A DNA stretch of 64,000 nucleotides from an uncultured Acidimicrobiaceae bacterium (GCA_964505525.1 CAZDIQ010000001.1:5544-69543); one strand, 5' to 3'; numbered from the stretch's first letter, positions 46,178-56,232 are shown. A program made the numbers and translations. Notes: generated from the sequence alone by a model not told the origin.

Positions 46178-46897
46178 TCAGCTGCCGGTTTCAATCGGCG
46201 AGAACACGCACGCCGACTCGGTGTCTTCTGGCGGGCAGTCAATGAACCGGGTGTACTGCCATCCGACGCCGTCGTTGATCGCCTCGAACGTGTCCTCGTC
46301 GGCCCACGCCGACAGGTAAGTCGGCAGTTCACCGACCGTCGAGTAGTTCCCGAAGATGGACGCCGAAACGGCCGACTGGCCGGTCATCACGAGGTCCGGG
46401 ACGTCGTCACCGTTGTACGTCGCGGCCGTGGTCTGCGCCCACTGTTCGAGGCGAGGGATGAGCACCGCCCGGCACTGCGGCTGCTCGCCGGGAACGCAGG
46501 AGTCCGACGTCGGCTCGAAGATGATCTCCAACGCGACCGAGGTCGTACCGGCGATGTTCACGTCGATGAACCCGACGATGTCCTCACCGTCGTACTGGAT
46601 CGTCTTGTATCCGGTCGCGGCTTCGAACAGCGGGTTCGACCCACAGAACGTGATCGCGTACGAGAACCCGTTGTCGGTCGGGTTCGGACGAGGCTTGTTA
46701 CAGGTCCGGCCCGACACGACCTTCGTGGGGGTCGTCGTCGGGATGTCGACGTTGCGGGTGATCTCCAACGTCTGGATCGCGTCAGCGAGGCCCTTCAACG
46801 CTGGCGTGTCGTTCTCGATGTCGGTCGGGATACGACCGCACTCGTCGAGGACGAACACCGTCATGCGACGGATCACCTGGGAATCGAAACAGGTCAC
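46178..46897 (-). CDS. putative major tail protein (239 aa)
   Basis: Size/position only. Confidence 0.3.
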   Translation of the reverse strand: MTCFDSQVIRRMTVFVLDECGRIPTDIENDTPALKGLADAIQTLEITRNVDIPTTTPTKVVSGRTCNKPRPNPTDNGFSYAITFCGSNPLFEAATGYKTIQYDGEDIVGFIDVNIAGTTSVALEIIFEPTSDSCVPGEQPQCRAVLIPRLEQWAQTTAATYNGDDVPDLVMTGQSAVSASIFGNYSTVGELPTYLSAWADEDTFEAINDGVGWQYTRFIDCPPEDTESACVFSPIETGS

Positions 46898-46967
46898 GGT
46901 TGTACCTCCGAGTTACGGCCGTTCATGGACGGCATCTTAGACACGGCCAACAGGCCGATCGCGGACT

Positions 46968-47783
46968 TCACGACCCGCCGCTCGCTGGACGGACAAGGCG
47001 GCCACGCTTCGGTGCGTCAGCGCGACGAACCCTCGGCCGCTTCTTCACGCCGTGCGGGTTGACGGCACGAATCCAGTAGTCGACGAGCAGCAGGCCGGTG
47101 AGTCCTTGATCGAGGAACGACATCGGGTCGAGAAACCCGACGGTCACACCCTGCCGGGTGACGGTCGCTACCCGTTCCGGGAGCCCACACTCGTCGGGGC
47201 AGACAACCGCTTTCGTGATCTCACAGGCCAGTCTGGCGGCAGCGAGTTCACCACCGGCTGGGACGTCGCGACCCCAAACGTAGGTGACTTCCCACGAGCC
47301 GGGCTGTCCCGGTTCGGCTTCCTGGTCTTGGCAACGCGGCCACGGGTCGCCGTCGACGCGGATCAGCAGCGGCCCCAGCTTCGACGTGCCGAGACGGTAC
47401 GCGGCAGGATCGAGAGTGTCGCCGTCGATGACGACCGACACGATCTCGGTGATCCGCTTCGACGGGAGCAACAGCTTCTCGACCCGCCCACACGAGCAGT
47501 TCCCGTATCCACAACCTCCGCACAGGTATGGGTACAACTGGAAACCTTCGACCAACGGCCAACCGGTCGGGGCCGGGCACGGCTCCGGAGTGTCGCACGG
47601 CTGGATCGTTTCGGTGCACAGCCCGAACCGGCGTCCGGTCGCAGCCCACAGGATCTCGATCGCGAACTGGGTTGCCAACTCGACGAGCAACGGGTCCGGG
47701 TCGTCGCAGTCTTCGCAGGCGATGTCAGCGACCGGCCACCAGCACGGCGCAGTGCCGTCGTCCTCGGCGCTCCATGTCGTCAC
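46968..47783 (-). CDS. Cys-rich hypothetical protein (271 aa), possible Zn-binding structural protein
   Basis: 'YLCGGCGYGNCSCG', 'CPDECGLPE'. Confidence 0.4.
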   Translation of the reverse strand: MTTWSAEDDGTAPCWWPVADIACEDCDDPDPLLVELATQFAIEILWAATGRRFGLCTETIQPCDTPEPCPAPTGWPLVEGFQLYPYLCGGCGYGNCSCGRVEKLLLPSKRITEIVSVVIDGDTLDPAAYRLGTSKLGPLLIRVDGDPWPRCQDQEAEPGQPGSWEVTYVWGRDVPAGGELAAARLACEITKAVVCPDECGLPERVATVTRQGVTVGFLDPMSFLDQGLTGLLLVDYWIRAVNPHGVKKRPRVRRADAPKRGRLVRPASGGS

Positions 47784-47793
47784 ACGGGTGACG

Positions 47794-48495
47794 CTACTCG
47801 GATTCGATCGGGTCCTCGCGGAACTCGTTGAGCAGGGCTTCCATCATCTCCGGTTTGCGGCGGGCGAGCCGATACCTGTTCCGCAGAGCGAGGCCGACGT
47901 CGGAACCGACGGCCCGGTCGCGGCGAGGCGGCGTCGGATGCCACAGATGGATGCAATCTCTCGGTGCCCGGTGGACCGGTCCGGCGAGCGTCGTGAGCGC
48001 CATCCCCCACGCTTCGTCCTCCTGACCCCAGCCAACGAACCGCGAGTCGAGCGGCACCTGCTGGTACAGGTTGGCGCGCATCACGACGCAGCCGCCCCCG
48101 GTGACCGCCGTGTACGGACGTTCGGCGTGATGCTTCGGTCCGATCTGATGCAAGCCGAGCGTCCCCGCGAGCAGCTGTTCAGTGGCGGCACGGGTGAGCC
48201 GAACGACACGACGGTGAGGCATGGCCCAACGAGATGAACCCTGACGGACCGCGGTGATCGCCTGGTCGATGGCAGGAACAACGACATCGGCGTCGGTGAT
48301 GACGAGCACGTCGTCAGGGTCCGGTTCGATCACCGAGAGCGCGGCGTCGACGGCGAGCGCCTTGCACCACGGTTCGTCATGCAGGTTGCCGACCGACACC
48401 TGGAACCCGGCGTCCATCCATCTGGCCCCGACGAAGTTGAGGGCGTCGGCCCGGTGCCGGTCGTCGCCGCCGTACGGGATGACCACTCGGATCAC
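47794..48495 (-). CDS. glycosyltransferase (GT-A fold), GTG start
   Basis: 'VIRVVIPYGGDDRHR', 'VITDADVV'; N-terminal 70 aa of track ORF are antisense-like and excluded. Confidence 0.5.
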   Translation of the reverse strand: MIRVVIPYGGDDRHRADALNFVGARWMDAGFQVSVGNLHDEPWCKALAVDAALSVIEPDPDDVLVITDADVVVPAIDQAITAVRQGSSRWAMPHRRVVRLTRAATEQLLAGTLGLHQIGPKHHAERPYTAVTGGGCVVMRANLYQQVPLDSRFVGWGQEDEAWGMALTTLAGPVHRAPRDCIHLWHPTPPRRDRAVGSDVGLALRNRYRLARRKPEMMEALLNEFREDPIESE

Positions 48496-48710
48496 GGCAC
48501 GACATCCAGGAAACCGGGGATGTCCTCGGTGAACTTGACGCCGTGCCGTTCGAGGATGGCTTCGACGTCGATACCGCACAGGCAGACGTCCCGGTCGGTG
48601 GCCCAGTCTTCCCACGGTTCCCAGTCCCAGTCGGCTTCGGTCACCGGCCAACCAGCCGCGGCCATTCCGTGCACCCCTGAGATCCACTGGCCGCCAGGCA
48701 GCACCACCAT
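48492..48710 (-). CDS. hypothetical small protein (72 aa)
   Basis: Real-looking C-terminal part of ORF 48492..48920. Confidence 0.3.
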   Translation of the reverse strand: MVVLPGGQWISGVHGMAAAGWPVTEADWDWEPWEDWATDRDVCLCGIDVEAILERHGVKFTEDIPGFLDVVP

Positions 48711-48720
48711 CGTGCACACG

Positions 48721-49536
48721 TCAGAACCCTTGCACCGGGGCCGGGTCGTAGATGAGCGGCGGCTGAACATCACCGTCAATTTCGATCGCTGCGCGGGGAC
48801 GGTCCCGGTAGAACCAGCGGTGGAACAGTTCGTCGATCGTTTCGTCGTCGAACTGGCCCCACTGCCGCCAGTGTGCACCGTACATCGGGTCGAGGTCGGT
48901 GGCCTGATAGGCGGCAGCACCGTTACGGATCTTCGACAGGACCTGCTCGACCGAACGGTACGGGAAGTGACGGACGACGAGCGCCGGATTGAACAACGGC
49001 TGCCACTGGTCGTAGACAGCGCCGTGGTTGCCCATCTCGATCACCAGAGACTCGTGCCAGCGCACCGCGACCTTCGGGAACTTCCCTGGAGTGGTGCGCC
49101 GCCAACCGATGCGGAGCACCGGGTCGGGTTCGTCCGGGTCTTCGGCGGTGCACACATGGTCGTACAAGTCGGCGGGCACCACCATGTACGGGTTCGGGAT
49201 GCCAGCCAACGTGTCCGCGATCCGAGGAGCGAACGGCGAGTACCAGATCTCGTCGGCGTCGAACGGGACGATCCAGTCGGCGTCGAACATGTCGTGAGCC
49301 ATCCGGGCGAGGCCGGTCATCTTCGTCGACTGGTAGTAGCCGACTTCGTCGTCAAGCAGCTGCATCGACGGGATGTTGAGGTCGGCCAACGTTTCTTGGA
49401 TGATCTCCCCGGTGCCGTCGGTCGACATGTTGTCGGCGACGATCAACGCGTCGACCTGCGTCGCCATGTGCCGGATCGTCGTCGCGATGACATCGGCTTC
49501 ATCCTTCACCATCGTGCAACCGACTGTCGTCGTCAT
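48721..49536 (-). CDS. family-2 glycosyltransferase
   Basis: 'TMVKDEADVIATTIRHMATQVDALIVADNMSTDGTGEI'. Confidence 0.6.
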   Translation of the reverse strand: MTTTVGCTMVKDEADVIATTIRHMATQVDALIVADNMSTDGTGEIIQETLADLNIPSMQLLDDEVGYYQSTKMTGLARMAHDMFDADWIVPFDADEIWYSPFAPRIADTLAGIPNPYMVVPADLYDHVCTAEDPDEPDPVLRIGWRRTTPGKFPKVAVRWHESLVIEMGNHGAVYDQWQPLFNPALVVRHFPYRSVEQVLSKIRNGAAAYQATDLDPMYGAHWRQWGQFDDETIDELFHRWFYRDRPRAAIEIDGDVQPPLIYDPAPVQGF

Positions 49537-50174
49537 CGGCCTGCCTTCCGGACGTGGTCCCACAGGACCGGGTGGACCATCGGCAGCACGTAGCTGCTGT
49601 TGAGGTCGAAGACCAAGTCCTGGCGCCAGGCGATCAGCAGGTTCTGCCGATACCAGTTCTCGATCTCGTCGTCGTCCCATATCTCGTATCGCAGGTCACC
49701 GGACACACGGAAACCCGACACGTGGAACTGGGACTGCCAGTAGCCGGGCCATTGCTCGTTCAGATGACCGGTGCCACCCTGACCGGGGATCGCAGCCGAG
49801 AAGACGACGACCGGGGCAGCAGCGCACAGTTCACGGATGAACGAGTCGGCCCTGGACCGGTGCAGGTGTTCAGCGACCTCCAAGCAGACGGCCACATCGA
49901 ACGAGTCGGCGAGCCAGTCAAGCGAACCCTTCTTGCCGAGGTCGGCCCGATAGTACCGGTCGCCGAGCGGTGAGCCGTCACCGTCATGACCGTCGACACC
50001 GACGACCTCCCAGCCATGTCCGGCGAACTCGTGAGCCCACCATCCTTCGCCACAACCGACGTCGAGCAGACGCCCAGGTTCCAATGCCAGCCGGTCGATG
50101 AGGAACGGGACCAGCGCCGCCGCCGACGACTTGATCCCCTCTCGGATCACGTCATAGAAGTGTGCGTCGTACAT
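49533..50174 (-). CDS. class I SAM-dependent methyltransferase
   Basis: 'LLDVGCGEGWW' motif I, 'AVCLEVAEHL' motif II/post-I. Confidence 0.65.
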   Translation of the reverse strand: MYDAHFYDVIREGIKSSAAALVPFLIDRLALEPGRLLDVGCGEGWWAHEFAGHGWEVVGVDGHDGDGSPLGDRYYRADLGKKGSLDWLADSFDVAVCLEVAEHLHRSRADSFIRELCAAAPVVVFSAAIPGQGGTGHLNEQWPGYWQSQFHVSGFRVSGDLRYEIWDDDEIENWYRQNLLIAWRQDLVFDLNSSYVLPMVHPVLWDHVRKAGR

Positions 50175-50836
50175 CAGAGTCCTCTCGCTTCGTGGGTTTG
50201 CCGGTAATAGTCGTCGCCGTCCTCGGTGACGTTGAGGTATTCCATCGTCGGACGACTAGAGAACACACGGGTATAGCCGCGAGCCCAGACGTCACGCGTC
50301 AACTGCTGATCTTCTCCCGAGGCTTCCGGCGTCCAGATGATCTCCTCGTAGCGGAGGCCCTCATCCCACAACGAACGCCGGATGATCGAAGCCCCACCGA
50401 CCGGCCACGTCGGCCAGAACGCCGTCTCCTCGTCGCCGGACGCGATCAACCCGTACTGGCCGACTCCCGGATCTTTGAACGCTTCCACGACGTCGTCGCA
50501 CCAGCCGGGCAGGAACCGGGTGTCGTTGTCGATCCGATGCAGCAGCGTGGCTTCTGGCGGTGCAAGGTCGAACCCACGGTTAGTGGCATAGCCGGGGTAC
50601 ATGTTGACGCGCAGCAACAACACACGGACGGGGAGGGAGCCGAGCCATTCCTGGACGTCGCGGCGGGAACCGTTGTCGACGATGACCAACGAGTACGGCA
50701 ACGTGACAGTCGCCAGGTACGACTCCAACGTCTCAGCGGTCAAGTCGCGCCGGTTGTACGAGACGATCACCGAGTGGATGTGATGGACGGTCAATAGCCG
50801 GTTCCGTTCCGTTCGAGGCCGGTGTGATGAACCCAC
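50174..50836 (-). CDS. family-2 glycosyltransferase
   Basis: 'HSVIVSYNRRDLTAETLESY', 'LVIVDNGS'. Confidence 0.6.
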   Translation of the reverse strand: MGSSHRPRTERNRLLTVHHIHSVIVSYNRRDLTAETLESYLATVTLPYSLVIVDNGSRRDVQEWLGSLPVRVLLLRVNMYPGYATNRGFDLAPPEATLLHRIDNDTRFLPGWCDDVVEAFKDPGVGQYGLIASGDEETAFWPTWPVGGASIIRRSLWDEGLRYEEIIWTPEASGEDQQLTRDVWARGYTRVFSSRPTMEYLNVTEDGDDYYRQTHEARGL

Positions 50837-51486
50837 GGGGCGTCGTTACGGGCACCCCAGTACGCGAACCGGTATCCGGCTTCGCGCAACATCATCGTGA
50901 ACTGGCCTTCGGACTGTTCCCCTTCGGGCCAAGCGAAGTCGAACAGACTCTTGCGGTAGATGCACGGGTTCGTGGTGAAGAACAGGCTGTGCTCCAACCA
51001 GCGGTCGCCGTACATCGTCAGCAGTTCCAGGAACGCTTCCGGGTTCGCTTCGACCACGCCGCCAGCGGCCTTCTCGACCGGGTTCCACGCTTGCCGTCGC
51101 AGCGCGACCTGCGCGATGTTGGGATACGAGTCGAGGAGTTCGATCATGCCGTCCAACGGGATCAGCCGGTTGAACGTGAAGTCGTCCTCCAAGTGGAAGA
51201 TGTAGTCGGCTTCCGTCTCGGTTTGCAACACGGACCAGGCGGTACGGATCGCTCCACCGAACCCTTGACGACCGCGGGCATGGAACACGAGCGTCCATGT
51301 CGGGAACATCGACCGTAGCCAACGGTGGTTCTCCTCGTCACCGGAGTCGTCGTACAACCAACGTTCAGTGACCGCCCCGTACGGGACGTTCAGTTCGAAC
51401 GATGCGATCGTGTCGGCGATGTGCTCGCGGCGGCCGTCGGTGATCACCAAGGCTGCGACGTTCCGCCTCGGCCCGTCAATGGTCAT
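50791..51486 (-). CDS. glycosyltransferase-like protein
   Basis: 'YIFHLEDDFTF' DxD-like. Confidence 0.45.
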   Translation of the reverse strand: MTIDGPRRNVAALVITDGRREHIADTIASFELNVPYGAVTERWLYDDSGDEENHRWLRSMFPTWTLVFHARGRQGFGGAIRTAWSVLQTETEADYIFHLEDDFTFNRLIPLDGMIELLDSYPNIAQVALRRQAWNPVEKAAGGVVEANPEAFLELLTMYGDRWLEHSLFFTTNPCIYRKSLFDFAWPEGEQSEGQFTMMLREAGYRFAYWGARNDAPWVHHTGLERNGTGY

Positions 51487-52144
51487 GTCGCTCCTGTCTC
51501 TTCTGTTCGAGGGCTTGGCCGTCAGCAACACCCTTGTCGTAGGCCCGTTGCCGGACCATCACCCCGGCATCCGCTGCGCCCCTCAACAGGGCGACGCATT
51601 CCTCCTGGGTCAACGGGTCCGGGTGGTTGGTGACAGCCTTCACGACGGCCCGACACCGGGCCCCGTTCACGGCGAGCAGTCCCCAACCTTCCGGTAGTTC
51701 CGGGACGATGCGGTCAGCGAGCGGCTTCGGCGCGGCGATCCAGAACCGGTGTGCCCGGCGTCGCCATTCCTCGTTCTTCGTCAGGTCCGGGGTGACCACG
51801 CGGGCGACGGTTCCAGGTCCTCCGTGGTGGTTCGCCATCCAACTGTCAGCGGCGATCTGCTTCAACGCTGCGACCGTCACCCGACTGTGATGGTTCTCGA
51901 CACGCCCGTCCGGCCAGGTCGTCGTGTAGGTGATCGACTCGATCTCCTTCCGCCAGTCCGAATAGGAAACCTTCACTTCCACCGCGTCCATCTCGTACCG
52001 GTTCGATCGCCACAACGCGAGGACGAGCACATCAATCTTCGCCCGATACGACAACGTCGGATGCAGGCAGGCTTCCCGCAGGTGCAGGTACTTGCCGTCC
52101 GGCCAACGGCCGACCAGGGCGGCCTTCACGTCCTCCGCGGTCAT
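51476..52144 (-). CDS. MmcB-like PD-(D/E)xK nuclease family protein
   Basis: 'VGRWPDGKYLHLRE...RAKIDVLVLALW...DAVEVKVSYSDWRKE...RFWIAAP' follows the MmcB pattern. Confidence 0.45.
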   Translation of the reverse strand: MTAEDVKAALVGRWPDGKYLHLREACLHPTLSYRAKIDVLVLALWRSNRYEMDAVEVKVSYSDWRKEIESITYTTTWPDGRVENHHSRVTVAALKQIAADSWMANHHGGPGTVARVVTPDLTKNEEWRRRAHRFWIAAPKPLADRIVPELPEGWGLLAVNGARCRAVVKAVTNHPDPLTQEECVALLRGAADAGVMVRQRAYDKGVADGQALEQKRQERHDH

Positions 52145-52764
52145 CTTGCTAGCGGCCATCGACCCTCCGCCAGCCAGGCGTCGTGCGACGCGATGATCTT
52201 GTCGCGCAGCTTGCGGTCGCCAGCCGCCGACCTGTTCCTGCCGCCCTCACGGGGCACCTGATAGACCGAGTCCACGAACATCAGGTTCGCTCCGGTGATG
52301 AACGCGCGGCGGAACAGCGACCAGTCCTCCCATGCCTCCTCATCCCAGAAGCCTCCGACATCGTCGAACACGGACCGGTGGATCGCTGTGCCGATCGGGC
52401 ACGGGTTCATCGTCCGAATGTCCCGCTCCTGGAAGTGCACAGGCTTCCCGCCACGATGCTGCAAACGGGGGACCATGAGACGACCCCACGGTCCGCCGAC
52501 CTTCTCCATCGTCGCGATATAGCCGGGGGCGAGCGCGTCGTCGGCGTCGAGGAACACGATCCAACCCTGCGGGTCGAACTCGGCCACCGCCTGATTACGG
52601 GCCTGACCGCAGGACTCCGGTTGGTCATGGTGGTACACGCGGACCGGGACCGGCCGGTCGCCTTTGTGGCGGGTCTGTGTAGCCGCTGACGGCACAGCCC
52701 GCCCCATCGCCAGGTCATGCCACTTGCGGTCGCCGTACGTGGCGACGATGACGGTCACGTCCAT
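52141..52764 (-). CDS. family-2 glycosyltransferase
   Basis: 'VTVIVATYGDRKW', 'IVFLDADDAL'. Confidence 0.6.
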   Translation of the reverse strand: MDVTVIVATYGDRKWHDLAMGRAVPSAATQTRHKGDRPVPVRVYHHDQPESCGQARNQAVAEFDPQGWIVFLDADDALAPGYIATMEKVGGPWGRLMVPRLQHRGGKPVHFQERDIRTMNPCPIGTAIHRSVFDDVGGFWDEEAWEDWSLFRRAFITGANLMFVDSVYQVPREGGRNRSAAGDRKLRDKIIASHDAWLAEGRWPLAR

Positions 52765-53007
52765 CTAGAGCCACGTCTCCATGATGACCGGGTCGTCGCT
52801 GGGGGCACGTTCGATCCTCGTCAGGCCCATGTGCCGCATCTCGTCGCGTATTACCTCGACGTCGCCTGCCAGCACGAACTCGCCGTCGCTGGTTCGTGCC
52901 CCGTCAGCAGTGATCGTCCAACGTCGGGCGACGAACCATTCCGGGGCGTCACTCGGATGATCGTAGACCGTCCAGAGTGCCATCGCATCCGGGTCCTCGT
53001 CGCTCAT
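52765..53007 (-). CDS. hypothetical small acidic protein
   Basis: ORF. Confidence 0.3.
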   Translation of the reverse strand: MSDEDPDAMALWTVYDHPSDAPEWFVARRWTITADGARTSDGEFVLAGDVEVIRDEMRHMGLTRIERAPSDDPVIMETWL

Positions 53008-53687
53008 GCCCACAGATGCTTCCGTTTCGCGTAGACAATCCTCCCGGTCCGCATCCGACGTGGCTCGTCCCGGTACATCTTGTCGAGCGGGGCCTTACCC
53101 CACGACGGGTGCAGATGCTCGACGACCGAGTCGTCGGCGAACACCCACGCACCACGCGACTTCGCTGTTTCAACGAACTCGTCGTCGACGAACTCGTGCG
53201 GATACCCCTCGTGCAACACGAGGCCACACCGGTCGATCGTGCCGAACTGGTCGGCGTAGGAACGACGCACGAACGAATGTGTGGCGTGCTTCCCGGCGAT
53301 CACCCGCGGTGACCCGAGATCCTGTGTGCCGACGACACCGACCGTCGGGTCGTCGAAGTAGGCGAGCCCGGCTTCCAGCCAGCCCTCATGGAAGTGCAGG
53401 TCGTCGGCGGCCAGGAACAGGACCGGTTCGACGGTGGCCCGGTATCCGTGGTTGATCTTCTTCGCGTAGTCGCCGATGTGGGCGGCCTTCATCGTCGACT
53501 GACCGACCGAAGTCCTGTTCTCGGCGATGACGTCGTCCACTTCTGCGATCACCGCCGTGTCACCGCTGGTCGTCAGGAACTCGACATGCACCCGACGTAG
53601 ATCGGTGGCATCGGCGAGCGAATCGAAGAACGGGCGGACTCGATGCGGCCGTTGCAACAGAGGGACCAGGATCGCGACGTCAGGCAC
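53004..53687 (-). CDS. glycosyltransferase-like protein
   Basis: 'VAILVPLLQRPHRV', 'FLAADDLHF'. Confidence 0.5.
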   Translation of the reverse strand: MPDVAILVPLLQRPHRVRPFFDSLADATDLRRVHVEFLTTSGDTAVIAEVDDVIAENRTSVGQSTMKAAHIGDYAKKINHGYRATVEPVLFLAADDLHFHEGWLEAGLAYFDDPTVGVVGTQDLGSPRVIAGKHATHSFVRRSYADQFGTIDRCGLVLHEGYPHEFVDDEFVETAKSRGAWVFADDSVVEHLHPSWGKAPLDKMYRDEPRRMRTGRIVYAKRKHLWA

Positions 53688-53717
53688 GACGTCAGTGTGG
53701 CATGTCGACCGACAGCA

Positions 53718-54131
53718 TCATCCGTCGTTGAGACGGCGTTGCATGTCGGCGATCGTCGCTTCGTGCCGTTCGATCGTGGCTTCCATGTCCCGGATCTGTC
53801 GAGACGACGTGACCTCGTACGCCAAGAACTCGCGGCGCGTCAACATGTACTTCTCGTCCTTCGCTATCGCCTCGGCCTCCAACTGGTCGATACGGGCGCG
53901 GAGCTTGTTGTTCTCCTCGACGTAGAAGTTCGTGAACTCCCGCTGGTACTTCATCATCCACCGGACGATGAAGAACACGCCGGTCACACCGGACGTGGCA
54001 AGCAGGACGATCGCGGGAAGGTTGGCGTCCTGCAACGTCTCGGTCAGCCCCCCAGGATCAGCGGTCGCCGTGGTAAGGATCAGATGGGCGACGTCAATCG
54101 GGTTCACCGCGGGCACCCCACACCTGCACAT
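53718..54131 (-). CDS. membrane/coiled-coil protein
   Basis: TM 'AIVLLATSGVTGVFFIVRWMM' then coiled coil. Confidence 0.3.
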   Translation of the reverse strand: MCRCGVPAVNPIDVAHLILTTATADPGGLTETLQDANLPAIVLLATSGVTGVFFIVRWMMKYQREFTNFYVEENNKLRARIDQLEAEAIAKDEKYMLTRREFLAYEVTSSRQIRDMEATIERHEATIADMQRRLNDG

Positions 54132-54531
54132 CGGCTTGGCGGCGGGAGATCGCGACAAGGTTCAGGAACCCGAACACGAGAGTGGTCCCCCCGATCAACG
54201 TCCACACCGACGCGGCTGTCATCCGTGCCCGCATGTCGTAGTCCACTCCGAACAGCAGCACTTCGGAAGCGCGCAGCAGCAGCCCGACGGCGATCGTCGC
54301 CGACGAGAAGATCGTCATGTCGATCGACGTCGTACGGAACCACCAGAGCCCGGCGACGATCGCGAGAACCATGAACGGGATCGGCCGGAGCCAGCCGTCG
54401 AGCAGCACACCGTTCGCGACGACAGCGTTCCAGGCGAGCATCACACCGATCATCGCGATCCACACTCTCAGCCCGGTGTTCACCCGATGCAACGGGTGTT
54501 CCATTGGCAGGTGGTCGGCCGGGTGTTCCAT
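54094..54531 (-). CDS. multi-pass membrane protein (holin candidate)
   Basis: Four hydrophobic helices; follows endolysin. Confidence 0.4.
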   Translation of the reverse strand: MEHPADHLPMEHPLHRVNTGLRVWIAMIGVMLAWNAVVANGVLLDGWLRPIPFMVLAIVAGLWWFRTTSIDMTIFSSATIAVGLLLRASEVLLFGVDYDMRARMTAASVWTLIGGTTLVFGFLNLVAISRRQADVQVWGARGEPD

Positions 54532-54947
54532 CAGTCCGTTTCGCATGCGATCACCGCGTCCGCTCGTTCGAGGGCGAGCGTTTCGAGTTCGCCCGTCACT
54601 TGGTCCAGTTCGGCTGCTATCGCATCGAGAGGTTCGCCACGAGCCAGCAGCACCAGTCCCTCGGCGATGAGGGCGTCCATCTCGCCGTGCTTGATCGCGA
54701 AGTCCGACGCGATCTGTGACCGGCATCCCAGTTCGATACGTAGTTCGCCGTTGATCTTCTGTTGCTCGTCGACGTCGTTCTGGGCTGACGACGCGATCTG
54801 TAACACGCCGACCAGAGATATGACCATCACCAAGATGACCACGACCAGGCAGAACACCGAGAAGTACATGGTGCGCTGCCCGATGTGGCGCAGCTGCTCG
54901 TTCTCGGCGATCGGATCATGCCCATCCGACCGGGGGGTCACCGACAT
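54531..54947 (-). CDS. single-pass membrane protein (holin/spanin candidate)
   Basis: TM 'FSVFCLVVVILVMVISLVGVL' + coiled coil. Confidence 0.4.
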   Translation of the reverse strand: MSVTPRSDGHDPIAENEQLRHIGQRTMYFSVFCLVVVILVMVISLVGVLQIASSAQNDVDEQQKINGELRIELGCRSQIASDFAIKHGEMDALIAEGLVLLARGEPLDAIAAELDQVTGELETLALERADAVIACETD

Positions 54948-54989
54948 GCCCTCACCCTACCCACCACGCTCGGTGGGCAAGCGGACCCG

Positions 54990-56021
54990 TCAGGACACCC
55001 GCGGGTACACGCCGATCAGGTCCACCAGGACATGGATCGGAGTCGGCTGACCGTTGCCGCCGTCGTTCGCTCCCATCAGGATCGTGCCGTCCGGTTGAAG
55101 CGGGAACGGGCGGGCGTTGTCGACGACCTGCCACGGCTGAAAGTTGTTGAACGACGTCGACGCGTTCACACTCATGTAGCCGGGCCGGGCCTGGGCGATG
55201 GCGGTGACGTTCACCATCACCGCCGAATGCTTGACCGGGTCGACTCCGGTCGGCACAGCGAACAGGGCGGCCGGAAGCCGGTTCCCTGCGGTCCGCGAGT
55301 CGTAGATGCGGCGTTCGTCGGTCATGATGATGTCTCCCAGTTTGAGAACGATGCCAGGGTCCGGGCCAGGACCAGGGTCGGGCGGGATCGGCGGTGAGAG
55401 GTACTCAGACAGCCGCAGACGCCACATGGAGGCGTTCCACGGGTCGTACAGGCCGTTGAACGGCTCAGCGTCCCACGCGCCGGACGGGTCGATCTTGCGG
55501 CCACGCGGGGTCGCGTACTCGAAGTGGGTTGTGACCTGGCCGACATGCCAGCCACGGTTACGGAGCAACGCTGTGGAGACGCGGCCCCGGAAGTCGATGA
55601 GCCCGTCCGGCCAGTCCTCGAACGGCCCGCACCCTTCGATCCCGATCGACGAGCCGTTCCCGGCTGGCGCACCCCAGACGTAGCTGCCTACCCCGGCGTG
55701 GTTGCTGCGGCCCGCAGCGATGAGGATGACGTGCGGGTCCAAGTTCTTACCGGTCCACTTCACACCCGGCCGAGTCGCGGTGACCAGCAGCTGCGAGATC
55801 GGGCCCGGCGCGACCGTGTTCCCGGCGATGATCCCGTTGATACAGGACTGCGGGTCGTGACCGACCCGGCACATGCAGGCGGTGTGATGCTCGACGATCC
55901 CGGACGGGAAGAACGCGCCGGGCCGGTAGCTCGACGCCCATCCGGGCACGGTGATGATCTTCGGCTTCACGACCGGGTCCGCCTGCAACGCGGGCAGCAT
56001 CCACAACGCCAGATCAGGCAT
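54990..56021 (-). CDS. endolysin, N-acetylmuramoyl-L-alanine amidase (Amidase_2/PGRP) domain
   Basis: 'VEHHTA', 'RSNHAGVG', 'SSIGIEGCG', 'THFEYA..RKIDP' correspond to Amidase_2 zinc-binding blocks. Confidence 0.65.
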   Translation of the reverse strand: MPDLALWMLPALQADPVVKPKIITVPGWASSYRPGAFFPSGIVEHHTACMCRVGHDPQSCINGIIAGNTVAPGPISQLLVTATRPGVKWTGKNLDPHVILIAAGRSNHAGVGSYVWGAPAGNGSSIGIEGCGPFEDWPDGLIDFRGRVSTALLRNRGWHVGQVTTHFEYATPRGRKIDPSGAWDAEPFNGLYDPWNASMWRLRLSEYLSPPIPPDPGPGPDPGIVLKLGDIIMTDERRIYDSRTAGNRLPAALFAVPTGVDPVKHSAVMVNVTAIAQARPGYMSVNASTSFNNFQPWQVVDNARPFPLQPDGTILMGANDGGNGQPTPIHVLVDLIGVYPRVS

Positions 56022-56232
56022 GCGGGAACTCCACCGTCTGGCCGGTCGTACGGCCAGGGACGTAGTCGATCTCCGGGAGCGTGTCGGGCACGTCCGGGAC
56101 CGGCACCCCGAACGCCTCCGCGGCCTCGTGCAGTTCGGCCTTGTACGCCTCGACAGCTACGGAGTCATCGACATCCTCGTCGAAGTCGTCGAACGTGTTC
56201 TCGTCGGTCACGGAGAGCACGCTACCCGTCAC
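56014..56232 (-). CDS. hypothetical small acidic protein
   Basis: ORF. Confidence 0.3.
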   Translation of the reverse strand: MTGSVLSVTDENTFDDFDEDVDDSVAVEAYKAELHEAAEAFGVPVPDVPDTLPEIDYVPGRTTGQTVEFPHA

